Shown: one piece after another, positions 41,828-50,830 of the stretch
Layout: each line of letters starts with the position of its first letter
Numbering within the stretch: position 1 is the stretch's first letter
NCBI GenBank assembly: GCA_964512655.1
Contig: CAZEJT010000003.1
Span: 183,719 to 247,718, forward strand
Direction of reading: 5' to 3'
Source of the DNA: an uncultured Chlorobiaceae bacterium
GTDB taxonomy: Bacteria; Bacteroidota; Ignavibacteria; UBA10030; SZUA-254
Length of the DNA: 64,000 nucleotides
Translations under genes and position numbers: made by a program
The notes under the pieces: generated by a model
The model's input: only the letters and a program-made list of their open reading frames with translations
Told to the model about the DNA's origin: nothing
Databases searched by the model: none

Positions 41828-44082
41828 AAGTTGACCGTGATTGTTCCGATGGCCCTCCTCTTCAACAGCGACCCTCCAAAAATCTCGTAGTGTTCCCTGT
41901 CGAGGAGGTTCGACACATCTACACCGAGCGTGAGGTTCTGGGTCAACTTGTACCTCCCGGTAAGATTCACGATCGTGTACGAAAGTATTCTCCCCTGAAA
42001 GATTCCCGCAGACCAATCGTACGAAGGAACATACTTCAGAGAAAGCCCCGCCTGTAAACCATTCCGGTGCTTGTATGAAACCGCTCCGTTGAGCTTGTGC
42101 TGAGGAGTATTCGGCAACAGCGGACTATTCGTGCTCTGCTCATCGATGGTAAAGTCAAAGAAGGAGTAGTTCCCCGAAAGAGTCCAATCCTCGGACAACC
42201 CATAATTCAACCCAACCTCAAACCCTGATTCCGTCACCTTCCCGGCGTTGCCGTACGACCAAACCGACCGGAGTTTTCCGCCGATATTCTCCTGTCCGTG
42301 GTATGCGGGGTTTGCTCCGGGCGTGAGATCGGTGATGAAGTCGCTGAGCCGGTCGTAATATGCGTCAACCGTCGCGTCAAGTGCATTGCCAAACAGGCCT
42401 CTGTAACCGAACTCAAACCCGTTGATCTTTTCCACTTCCAGATCGCTGTTTCCGAGGTAGGCGAGCGGCTGGGACGGATGGAGGACGTAGAGAAAAAGCT
42501 CCGCGTAGTTCGGCGACTGGAACGCGCGGTTATACGTGACGCGAAAATTGTGGTCATGGAGCGGCGACCAGACCAGTGCGACCTTTGGAGAGAACTGGCC
42601 CGAGTACAGGGTGCTTCTGTCCCAGCGAGTTGCTCCAAGGATTTTCCATTGCTCTGAGAACCTGTACTCCATCTGCCCGAAGAGGCCGGTCATGTTATCC
42701 TCGTGCTCGGCAAGCATCAGCGTACCGCGCGTGTCGACGCTTTGATACCTGTACGAGATTCCTGTAGTTACCAGGGCATGCTCGCCCAGCGGTGCGAAGT
42801 GATATTGATAGTCTCCCTGCAGCGCTAGCGAGTGCTCCTCCAGAGGGAGACCCGTCGAGAGAGAGTACTGGGGTTCGCGCGAGTCCCGACCGGTCGCCCA
42901 GAATTGTGCGATCGAATGTTCGTCCGAGTAATGCAGGCGGCCCCACGGTTTCCAGGCACGTGTTACCTGGACTCTTCCGATCCCGGTGACGAAGACTTCA
43001 TTCTCAACCTGCGCAAGGCCGGCTTCCGCGGCGGCCGTGGTCTTCGTGTCGATCTCGTAGTCCGCGCGCGCAGACCCGTACGTTGATGTGACGGGATTCG
43101 TATTCAGCGCCTTCACTTCCAGATTGATAAAAGGGTTGAATCCCGCGTACTCGAACGGACGTGCCTGCGATGTGTCGCGTGGAACGCTCCACGTATCCCC
43201 TTGCGAGCGGCCGAGATTCATCTTGTAACTCCATCTTCCTGAGATGCCCGCATGCTGGATGTCTGTGCGGAATGTGTTTTTTTCGCCCGCCGCAAGCGAG
43301 AGTTTGGTGCCGGATACTTCTTTCGGCGCCGGCGTGATAATATTGAGGACTCCGTTGAATGCGTTCGCGCCGTAGAGGGCGGAACCGGGGCCCCGGACGA
43401 GCTCGAGGCGGCCCAGGTCCTCGACGGGAACTGTCAATCCGTTCCATTCCTGTGAGCCGAGGAAGACGACCGAGAGATCTCTCCCGTCAAGGAGAACGAG
43501 GAGCCGGCGTGTGAGCGAACTGTTGAATCCCCGGGTATTGATATTGAAATCGAAGAGCCCGTTCTGAGCGAGATCGACACCGGGGAGGTGCTCAAGGAGC
43601 TTTGGCACCTGGCCCTGGCCTGAGTTAAGCTGGAGGTCGCCGGCCTCGATCGTTGAGACCGCCGCAGGGGCCTCGGCGATGCGCTCGCGCCTGAATGAAG
43701 CGCCATAGACGACCACCTCGCCGACCTGAACGGCGGCCTCCTTCATTCGGAGGGCGACATAGGAAGTATCGTTCGTTTTGCCAATCAACCCAAGAAACTC
43801 CTCGGTCTGATACCCGATCGCCATCACGGTGAACGTGTACTGTCCCAGGGGAATATGTGAGATCAGAAACTTTCCCTCCGCATCCGTTGCGGCGCCAAGC
43901 GTCGTGCCGTTGATAAGAACATCCGCATCTGCGACCGGATCGCCCGATGCATCGCTCACGACAGTCCCGCTCATGGTTCCTGTCGGTTGGGCAACGAGAG
44001 ATATATTACAAAAGAGGAGCGGGAGTGAAGCAAGTATGCACAGAAGGGGTACGGAGGTTCGTATCCCGGGAGGGATTATCAC
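41824..44082 (-). CDS. TonB-dependent outer-membrane receptor with N-terminal carboxypeptidase-regulatory-like domain
   Basis: Signal peptide; GTMSGTVVSDASGDPVADADVLINGTTLGAATDAEGKF (CarbopepD_reg-like); plug domain; a ~500-aa beta-barrel ending in an aromatic C-terminus (…TITVNL). Confidence 0.85.
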   Translation of the reverse strand: MIIPPGIRTSVPLLCILASLPLLFCNISLVAQPTGTMSGTVVSDASGDPVADADVLINGTTLGAATDAEGKFLISHIPLGQYTFTVMAIGYQTEEFLGLIGKTNDTSYVALRMKEAAVQVGEVVVYGASFRRERIAEAPAAVSTIEAGDLQLNSGQGQVPKLLEHLPGVDLAQNGLFDFNINTRGFNSSLTRRLLVLLDGRDLSVVFLGSQEWNGLTVPVEDLGRLELVRGPGSALYGANAFNGVLNIITPAPKEVSGTKLSLAAGEKNTFRTDIQHAGISGRWSYKMNLGRSQGDTWSVPRDTSQARPFEYAGFNPFINLEVKALNTNPVTSTYGSARADYEIDTKTTAAAEAGLAQVENEVFVTGIGRVQVTRAWKPWGRLHYSDEHSIAQFWATGRDSREPQYSLSTGLPLEEHSLALQGDYQYHFAPLGEHALVTTGISYRYQSVDTRGTLMLAEHEDNMTGLFGQMEYRFSEQWKILGATRWDRSTLYSGQFSPKVALVWSPLHDHNFRVTYNRAFQSPNYAELFLYVLHPSQPLAYLGNSDLEVEKINGFEFGYRGLFGNALDATVDAYYDRLSDFITDLTPGANPAYHGQENIGGKLRSVWSYGNAGKVTESGFEVGLNYGLSEDWTLSGNYSFFDFTIDEQSTNSPLLPNTPQHKLNGAVSYKHRNGLQAGLSLKYVPSYDWSAGIFQGRILSYTIVNLTGRYKLTQNLTLGVDVSNLLDREHYEIFGGSLLKRRAIGTITVNL

Positions 44083-44134
44083 GGCAGGCTCGATGATACC
44101 TGCCCGTAGCCTGGTAATTCCAGCCGCAATTGCG

Positions 44135-44911
44135 CTAGAAATTCCTGCTCTTTAAGACGCGGAAGAAGCCGTAGTTTTCCGTATCGCCGGCGACATTCAC
44201 CTGTACGGGGCCGACATCGGCGGCAAGCCAGAGTATCGCGGTGGTTGCGTCGTCCTGCACGACAATTCCGCCGGCGGTTATCTTTCGCCACGTGCGCACT
44301 TTGTATGCTTTCGGATAAACTGTGTGCGCCGAGGAACTGTCTGTGATAGAAACCTGCCCGAGTATCTCTCCGAAGATCTGAAGGCGGACGGGGGCGGAGC
44401 CTACTCCGGGAATGTTTCCGGTTACAGTGGTATCGAAGGCAGTCCACGCCGTGGCGAGCCCCTGGCTCGGCCGGGCGAGGCCGATCCAAACGGCGGTGTC
44501 GGTGAACGATACGTGGAAAAACCGATAGAACGGGCCGAGCGTCTGACGAAACGATAGATCGCCGTTGGAGGTATCCTTCTTGATCTGAAAATATCGCACA
44601 GAAGTGTAACCGAAAACAGTGGTTGAATCCTGAATCAGCCAGGTGCCCGAAGGCCCGGGGAGGACATTCCAGACGCCGATGTATGATGCGGCCGAACCAC
44701 TGACAGCCGAATCGACTGAGCCGACTGCGACAAGATATCCAGAGAATTCAAATCTGCGGCCGGCGACAAGCGGGAAGAGATCGTCGGTAATCGGCGTGAT
44801 GACCGGCGGGCCCGTGGATGTGTCGTTGCTTTTGCAGCTGACCGCGAGGATGATCGGAAGCAGTGCGGCCGCGATCAGGAAAAAGTATCCGATCTTCTGG
44901 GAGATTGTCAT
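44135..44911 (-). CDS. Hypothetical lipoprotein downstream of the TonB receptor
   Basis: Lipobox ILAVSC; 258 aa; co-oriented and 52 bp from the receptor gene. Confidence 0.5.
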   Translation of the reverse strand: MTISQKIGYFFLIAAALLPIILAVSCKSNDTSTGPPVITPITDDLFPLVAGRRFEFSGYLVAVGSVDSAVSGSAASYIGVWNVLPGPSGTWLIQDSTTVFGYTSVRYFQIKKDTSNGDLSFRQTLGPFYRFFHVSFTDTAVWIGLARPSQGLATAWTAFDTTVTGNIPGVGSAPVRLQIFGEILGQVSITDSSSAHTVYPKAYKVRTWRKITAGGIVVQDDATTAILWLAADVGPVQVNVAGDTENYGFFRVLKSRNF

Positions 44912-45062
44912 TGGACCCCTCGGGATGTGAACGACGGATTAAGATATAGAAGAAGTCACATAATTTCAAATGCCCGGGGCGCGGTGAGTTCATTGCATTT
45001 CAGGGCCCTTCTTTGTAAATTCGGGCAGATTTTTCTAAAAAGCACCCCCCAAAGAGGATCTG

Positions 45063-46616
45063 ATGGAGTCCCTCGTTCTCGACGGGAACACCCTCACCGT
45101 CGAAGATGCTTATCGCTGTTCCAAGAATGTTTCGCGAATCTCCTTCTCACGGGCTTCGCGGCGGCGCATGCTCGCGTCTCGCAAGCTTGTCGAAGACTGG
45201 GTCCGGCGCGGCGAAACTATTTATGGCGTGACCACGGGGTTCGGCGAACTGAGCAACGTCCGCATCAGCCCGGCGCATATCGAGGAGCTTCAAACCAACC
45301 TGATCGTGAGCCACTCTGCCGGAGCCGGCGAGCCCCTGCCGTATGAAGTGGCGAGGGCGATGACCATCCTCCGTTTAAATGCCCTTGCGAAGGGTTATTC
45401 CGGCGTCCGGCTTGAAACGGTGGAGTTCTTCCGCAAAGTCTTTAACGCCGGAGTGATCCCGATTATTCCGTCGAAGGGATCTGTCGGATCGAGCGGCGAT
45501 CTGGCGCCCCTTGCACACCTGGTGTTGACCATGCTCGGACGGGGGAAGGTATGGTACAAAGAGTCAGTGATGGATTCATCGCTGGCACTGCGCCGCATCG
45601 GCTTGAAGCCCCTGCGGCTTGGAGCAAAAGAGGGGCTTGCGCTCGTCAACGGGACCCAGATGATGGCGGCGTATGGAGTGCATGCGGTTCATGAAGCCCG
45701 CGCGTTGTGCAAGGTGGCAGACATCGCCGGCGCGATGAGCGTGGAAGCCTTGAAGGGAACGGACACCGCGTTCGATCCACGGATCCACAAACTGCGCCCA
45801 TTCAAAGGGCAGGCAGCGAGCGCCGCAAATTTACGCCGGCTCATGAGAAAAAGCCAGATCAGGGAGTCGCACAGGCACAACGATCCACGGGTACAGGATG
45901 CGTACTCGATCCGGTGCATGCCCCAGGTGCACGGCGCTTCGCGCGATGCGGTTCAGTACGCCTATGATGTCGTCTCGACGGAGATTAACTCGGCAACCGA
46001 TAACCCCCTCATCTTTCCGGAGGACAGGAAGCATCTCGAGGGGGGGAATTTTCACGGCCAACCGCTCGCGCTTGCCCTGGATTTTCTCGCGATCGCGCTC
46101 GCCGAGCTCGCAAGCATATCGGAGCGCCGCATCGAGCGGATGGTGAACGGCTCGTTAAGCGGACTTCCAAGGTTCCTGAGCGAAAACGGCGGACTTCACT
46201 CGGGAATGATGATCGCTCAATATACCGCGGCGTCGATGGTTTCCGAAAACAAGGTCCTCGCACACCCCGCGAGCGTCGATTCGATCCCGACCTCGGCAAA
46301 TCAGGAAGACCACAACAGCATGGGATCGATCAGCGCGCAGAAGGCATGGCAGGTGCTTCGCAACACTGAGACAGTCCTTGCCATCGAACTGATGGTCGCC
46401 GCGCAGGGGGTCGATTTTTCAAGCGCCAACCCGTCGTCGAGGGATGTCATGTCGCCCGGCGAAGGAGTCGCGGCCGCGCATGCGACGATCCGTAAGGAGA
46501 TCCGGCATCTTGGGGGGGACCGGCCGCTCTACGATGATATTCAGACCGCCCTGAGGTGTGTAAAGGACGGCCGGATTCTGCGCGCCGTCGAGCGAGCGGT
46601 AGGACAGCTACAATAA
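45063..46616 (+). CDS. hutH: Histidine ammonia-lyase-like MIO-dependent lyase
   Basis: GSVGSSGDLAPLAHL (the MIO-forming triad is Ser-Ser-Gly rather than the usual Ala-Ser-Gly), LALVNGTQ, and the overall HAL length of 517 aa. Confidence 0.8.
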   Translation: MESLVLDGNTLTVEDAYRCSKNVSRISFSRASRRRMLASRKLVEDWVRRGETIYGVTTGFGELSNVRISPAHIEELQTNLIVSHSAGAGEPLPYEVARAMTILRLNALAKGYSGVRLETVEFFRKVFNAGVIPIIPSKGSVGSSGDLAPLAHLVLTMLGRGKVWYKESVMDSSLALRRIGLKPLRLGAKEGLALVNGTQMMAAYGVHAVHEARALCKVADIAGAMSVEALKGTDTAFDPRIHKLRPFKGQAASAANLRRLMRKSQIRESHRHNDPRVQDAYSIRCMPQVHGASRDAVQYAYDVVSTEINSATDNPLIFPEDRKHLEGGNFHGQPLALALDFLAIALAELASISERRIERMVNGSLSGLPRFLSENGGLHSGMMIAQYTAASMVSENKVLAHPASVDSIPTSANQEDHNSMGSISAQKAWQVLRNTETVLAIELMVAAQGVDFSSANPSSRDVMSPGEGVAAAHATIRKEIRHLGGDRPLYDDIQTALRCVKDGRILRAVERAVGQLQ

Positions 46617-46629
46617 TATACCCCTTCTT

Positions 46630-47715
46630 ATGAAGCTCTCGGAAAAACTCATCCGTTCTTTGCCCAAAGCCCTGCTCCACGACCACCTCGATGGGGGATT
46701 GCGCCCGAAGACGATCATCGAACTCGCAAAGGACATGGGCTACGACAAGCTCCCCACAACCGACCCTGGCGAACTGGCGGAGTGGTTTCACCGCGGCGCG
46801 CAGCGGGGGAGCCTCCCGCTCTATCTCGAGGGCTTCGTCCACACCACGGGGGTCATGCAGACCGACGAAGGGCTCGAGCGCGTCGCGTACGAGATGATGG
46901 AAGACATGCACAACGACGGCGTGGTCTATGTCGAGACGCGATTTGCTCCGGTCTTTCACACCGAGCGCGGGCTGCACTGGGAAGAAATTGTGACCGCTGT
47001 CCTGCGGGGACTCGAGAAGGGGAAAAAAGATTTCGGCGTCGAGTACGGACTGATCATCTGCGCGATGCGCGACATGACTCTCTCACAGGAGATGGCCGAA
47101 CTGGCGATCGATTTCCGGGAGAGAAATGTCGTCGGTTTCGACCTCGCGGGCGAGGAGGGAGGCTACCCTCCGAAGAAACATGTCGACGCGTTTCATTACA
47201 TCCAGAGGGAAAATTTCAACATCACGATTCACGCGGGAGAAGCCTTCGGCAAAGAATCGATCTGGCAGGCAATCCAGTGGTGCGGCGCCCACCGGATCGG
47301 GCACGCCACGCGCCTTGTCGAAGACATGTCTATCTCAGACGACGACCCAACCGAAGTGGAAAACATGGGGTATCTGGCTCAGTATGTGCTGGACAAGCGC
47401 ATCCCCCTCGAGCTTTGCCTCACGAGCAACGTGGATACCGGAGCCGTGAAGAGCGTGGAGGAGCATCCCTTCGGAATCTATCATCGCTACAAGTTCCGGG
47501 TCACGCTCAACACAGACGACCGGCTGATGAGCAATACAAACCTCACCCGGGAGTACAAATTGGCCGCAGACGCGTTTAAACTCAATCTTCACGACCTTGA
47601 GAAGCTGTCGCTAAACGCAATGAAGAGCGCCTTTGTTCCTTATAAGAAGAGAATCGACCTCATTTACAATGTCATCAAACCCGGGTTTCAGCGGGCCAGG
47701 AAGGCCGCAAAGTAA
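46630..47715 (+). CDS. Adenosine deaminase-family metal-dependent amidohydrolase
   Basis: N-terminal LPKALLHDHLDGGLRP (HxH metal site), conserved HAGE, and a C-terminal …TLNTDDR…S. Confidence 0.7.
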   Translation: MKLSEKLIRSLPKALLHDHLDGGLRPKTIIELAKDMGYDKLPTTDPGELAEWFHRGAQRGSLPLYLEGFVHTTGVMQTDEGLERVAYEMMEDMHNDGVVYVETRFAPVFHTERGLHWEEIVTAVLRGLEKGKKDFGVEYGLIICAMRDMTLSQEMAELAIDFRERNVVGFDLAGEEGGYPPKKHVDAFHYIQRENFNITIHAGEAFGKESIWQAIQWCGAHRIGHATRLVEDMSISDDDPTEVENMGYLAQYVLDKRIPLELCLTSNVDTGAVKSVEEHPFGIYHRYKFRVTLNTDDRLMSNTNLTREYKLAADAFKLNLHDLEKLSLNAMKSAFVPYKKRIDLIYNVIKPGFQRARKAAK

Positions 47716-48268
47716 CGCCGCACAGCGGCCGGGACGCAGAGTAACGATCCGTTGTATATGGGCCATCACAGCTGCCGCGCCGCTCTTCAGTCTGTTTGAA
47801 CCTGGGTGCAGGGCCCTGTCCCCTCCGGCCAGCTATTCCTACCGCGCGATCAATAACGACTGCAACTGCCTCGAGTACCGGGTAGCAGACCGCCCTGCGA
47901 AGGTTGACTACCTCTTCCGCGCCCGGTATACCATGGAGGAGGGAATCGTCACGCACGTCGAGATCGAACTGACGAACAATAACCGCGACTCGCTCCTTCT
48001 CGGCCGCGGTTACATTAAGGTCACATCCAACAATGTCGCCTACCAGTACAACGACAGATTCCTGCCGTTGCCCGAGATGATCATTCCTCCCTACCAACAC
48101 GATGTCGTCAAGCTCGTCGGACGCGAAGTCGGCGGAAAGGAAGATTGGAACAAGATCGCCGGCGAACAGCTCCGGGTCACCATCAAGGGAATTCACGCGG
48201 GAGATCGCGAGCTTGCGTCGCAGACTGCAACCTTCATTCCCGAAAACCCGAAGCTGAGAGGGTACTGA
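47633..48268 (+). CDS. Hypothetical protein (start uncertain; the tracked ORF overlaps the 3' end of the deaminase gene)
   Basis: Long ORF in a coding-dense region with no recognisable motif and no convincing ATG start downstream of the overlap. Confidence 0.3.
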   Translation: MFLIRRESTSFTMSSNPGFSGPGRPQSNAAQRPGRRVTIRCIWAITAAAPLFSLFEPGCRALSPPASYSYRAINNDCNCLEYRVADRPAKVDYLFRARYTMEEGIVTHVEIELTNNNRDSLLLGRGYIKVTSNNVAYQYNDRFLPLPEMIIPPYQHDVVKLVGREVGGKEDWNKIAGEQLRVTIKGIHAGDRELASQTATFIPENPKLRGY

Positions 48269-48350
48269 GTCCCGCATCAGGCGTTGTTATTCAAGCCCTA
48301 AATTGCTATATTTTTTCATGCGGGCCACTCAGGAGAAGCATGTGGGGAAG

Positions 48351-50063
48351 ATGCGTATGAGGACCGTGGTCGCGGCATTCGCTGCGCTGATCATCGCCGG
48401 CTGCAGCGGGTCGGGCAATATGGCGCAGCAGGAAAAACCCGCAGGCACCCTCCCTCTCAAAAGCCACACCGACGACGAACTCGCCCTGCGCCGCTTCATC
48501 GAAGGATCGCTTCTCGACCAGACCGGCAAGTACGCGGAGGCGATACTCCAGTACCAGGAGGCGCTCCACGAGAAGCAGGACCCCGCCATCTATCACGCCA
48601 TCGCCAAAGATTATTCCATTCTTGACAACCATACGCGCGCGATAGAAGCGGGCCGCGAAGCGGTTCGCCTCGCACCGAAGAACCGGACCTATCATGAAAC
48701 CCTCGCCAACGTTTACGTCAACGCCCTCGACCTCGACGGGGCGATCAAGGAGTACGAGGAGGTCATCAGACTCGACTCATCCTACCTCGAGGCATGGCTC
48801 AGTCTGGGAAGGCTTCTCCAGGTCCAGAAACCCGAGAAAGCGATAAAGACCTACCGGGAGGTGATCGACCGCTTCGGTCCCGATAACGACGCCTACTTCC
48901 AGATGAGCCAGATTTACGGCTCGATGAGGGATTTCCGCCGGCAAGCGGAGGCGTACAAAGGGATGCTCTCGATTGATCCTGCAAATTTCGAGGTGAAGAA
49001 GGCCCTGGGCGACGCCTACCTACGCAGCGACAGCGTGGACGCGGCGCTCCGGATCTATAGCGAGCTTGTCGAGGCCCATCCCGAGGACCTCGACGTCCGC
49101 GCCGCGATCGCGCACGGATATCTGACGAAGCAGGATTACGACGCCGCGGCCAAGCAGTTCGAGGAAGTCCTCCGCAAGGATTCCCTCACAGTAGACGACC
49201 AGATCAAGTTCGGCACGGTCTTTCTCAACTTCATCCAGAAGGACTCGGGCGTAGCCCCATACGCGATCAAGCTCTTCAACCGGATCCGGAACTCCCACCC
49301 GGACGATTGGCGCCCGTACTGGTACCTTGGCATGATCGAAAATATTTCGAAGGACGACTCCGCGGCGCTTCTGCACTTTAAGAAGGTGAAGGATCTCGCC
49401 GGGTGGAATGCCGACGGATGGGTGGGCATCGCCTCCATCTATTACGACAGGGGCCAGTTCGACGATGCAATTCAGGTCCTCAATGAGGCGAAGAAGTCCG
49501 TTCCCGAAGAGTTTCGGATTCATTTCCTTCTCGGGGTTTCGTATCAGAGAAAGCGCGAACTGCCGGAGGCCGCGGCGTCGCTCGAAAAGGCGGTCCAGCT
49601 CGACGGGAAGAGAGTCGACGCATTGAGCGCACTGGCCCTTGTGTACGACGAGATGAAGCGGCCGGAAGAATCGGACAGCATCTACGAACGCGCGCTTCGG
49701 ATCGATCCGAAGAACCATCTCCTCCTGAACAATTACGCCTACAGTCTCTGCGAGCGGGGGCTTCAGCTGCAAAGATCTCTGAAGATGTCGAAGGAAGCGG
49801 TCGAGCAGCAGCCGGTCAATCAATCGTACCTCGACACCTACGGCTGGATCTATTACCGGATGCAGCAGTACGATGAGGCGGAGAGGTATATCCGCAAGGC
49901 GGTCGAGCTCGGCAGCACAAGCGCGGTTATTCTCGAACACCTCGGCGACGTCTACTTCAAGGAGTCGAAGAAGGAGAAAGCGCTGGAGTACTGGCAGAAG
50001 GCGCTGCTGATCGACGCAACGAACACCGCGCTCAAGGAGAAGATTCAACGGGGGAGTCTGTGA
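48351..50063 (+). CDS. TPR-repeat lipoprotein
   Basis: ATG at 48351 gives MRMRTVVAAFAALIIAGCSG (lipobox). Multiple 34-aa TPR repeats (…AIKTYREVI…, …ALRIYSELV…, …AIQVLNEA…). Confidence 0.8.
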   Translation: MRMRTVVAAFAALIIAGCSGSGNMAQQEKPAGTLPLKSHTDDELALRRFIEGSLLDQTGKYAEAILQYQEALHEKQDPAIYHAIAKDYSILDNHTRAIEAGREAVRLAPKNRTYHETLANVYVNALDLDGAIKEYEEVIRLDSSYLEAWLSLGRLLQVQKPEKAIKTYREVIDRFGPDNDAYFQMSQIYGSMRDFRRQAEAYKGMLSIDPANFEVKKALGDAYLRSDSVDAALRIYSELVEAHPEDLDVRAAIAHGYLTKQDYDAAAKQFEEVLRKDSLTVDDQIKFGTVFLNFIQKDSGVAPYAIKLFNRIRNSHPDDWRPYWYLGMIENISKDDSAALLHFKKVKDLAGWNADGWVGIASIYYDRGQFDDAIQVLNEAKKSVPEEFRIHFLLGVSYQRKRELPEAAASLEKAVQLDGKRVDALSALALVYDEMKRPEESDSIYERALRIDPKNHLLLNNYAYSLCERGLQLQRSLKMSKEAVEQQPVNQSYLDTYGWIYYRMQQYDEAERYIRKAVELGSTSAVILEHLGDVYFKESKKEKALEYWQKALLIDATNTALKEKIQRGSL

Positions 50064-50830
50064 GATGCCGGCGCCGGGACATTATTCCTGCCCTTCTGCT
50101 CGCGGTTCTCTCCGGCTGCGGACCATCGACAAAGAGTGTCAGGGAGGCCCCCCTCCCGGTCGGGGAGGTTTTGCGCCGGGTCCGTGAGCGGAACGAAAAA
50201 GTGAGGACGCTCAAAGGAGACGGCACAATCACCATCGAATCGCCCGAGGGATCCACCTCGGGTTTTTTCACCGCGCGCCTGAAGAAGCCCGATTCCCTTC
50301 TGGTGGAGTTCAAAGGACCCTTCGGGATCCACGTGGGAACGCTCATGCTCTCGCGCGGGCAATTCACGTTCTTCAATAAGATGGAAAACAGGGCGATCGT
50401 CGGGGCACCCGACGGGAGGACCCTGCAATCGATGTTCCGATTGAAGATGGAATTCGATGAAGTTCTGAACGTGTTCACGGGCGAATTCCCCGGCGCCGGG
50501 GCGGGGGACTCTCTCATGGCATTCTCCACATATGACGGGCGTTATGATATCAGCTACACGAGTGGCGAAACCGTCAAGGAGTACAATGTCGACGGGGAAG
50601 CATTTGTCGTAAGGGGGTATAAGGTCGTCGACACATCCGGGACTCCGACTCTCACCGCCGTAGCCGACAGAGTAGACGATTCACCGCCGGCGCCGGTGCC
50701 AAAGTTCCTCCGGGTGATCTTCCCCCGGGAACACCGGAGCATTACGATTGCGTATTCCGGCATCGAGCTCAACAGGCCGGTCGACTGCTCTCTTTCCCTC
50801 CCGGAACGCGTCGAGATCATCAACCGCTGA
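50060..50830 (+). CDS. DUF4292-like (LolB-fold) outer-membrane lipoprotein
   Basis: Lipobox AVLSGC; 256 aa. The start overlaps the TPR gene stop (ATGA coupling). A conserved TPR–DUF4292–M23 arrangement is known in Bacteroidota. Confidence 0.5.
   Translation: MRCRRRDIIPALLLAVLSGCGPSTKSVREAPLPVGEVLRRVRERNEKVRTLKGDGTITIESPEGSTSGFFTARLKKPDSLLVEFKGPFGIHVGTLMLSRGQFTFFNKMENRAIVGAPDGRTLQSMFRLKMEFDEVLNVFTGEFPGAGAGDSLMAFSTYDGRYDISYTSGETVKEYNVDGEAFVVRGYKVVDTSGTPTLTAVADRVDDSPPAPVPKFLRVIFPREHRSITIAYSGIELNRPVDCSLSLPERVEIINR

Noticed and set aside
46782-47579. 265-aa alternative-frame ORF within the adenosine-deaminase-like gene
   Set aside because: Arg/Pro/Gly-rich out-of-frame translation of a real CDS, with no support.
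48269-48350. Possible sigma54 promoter upstream of the TPR gene (…AAATTGCTATATTTTTT…)
   Set aside because: It has a TTGCT -12-like element but no GG (-24) element at the correct spacing. It is more likely an AT-rich sigma70 or Bacteroidota-type promoter, and I cannot decide which from the sequence alone.
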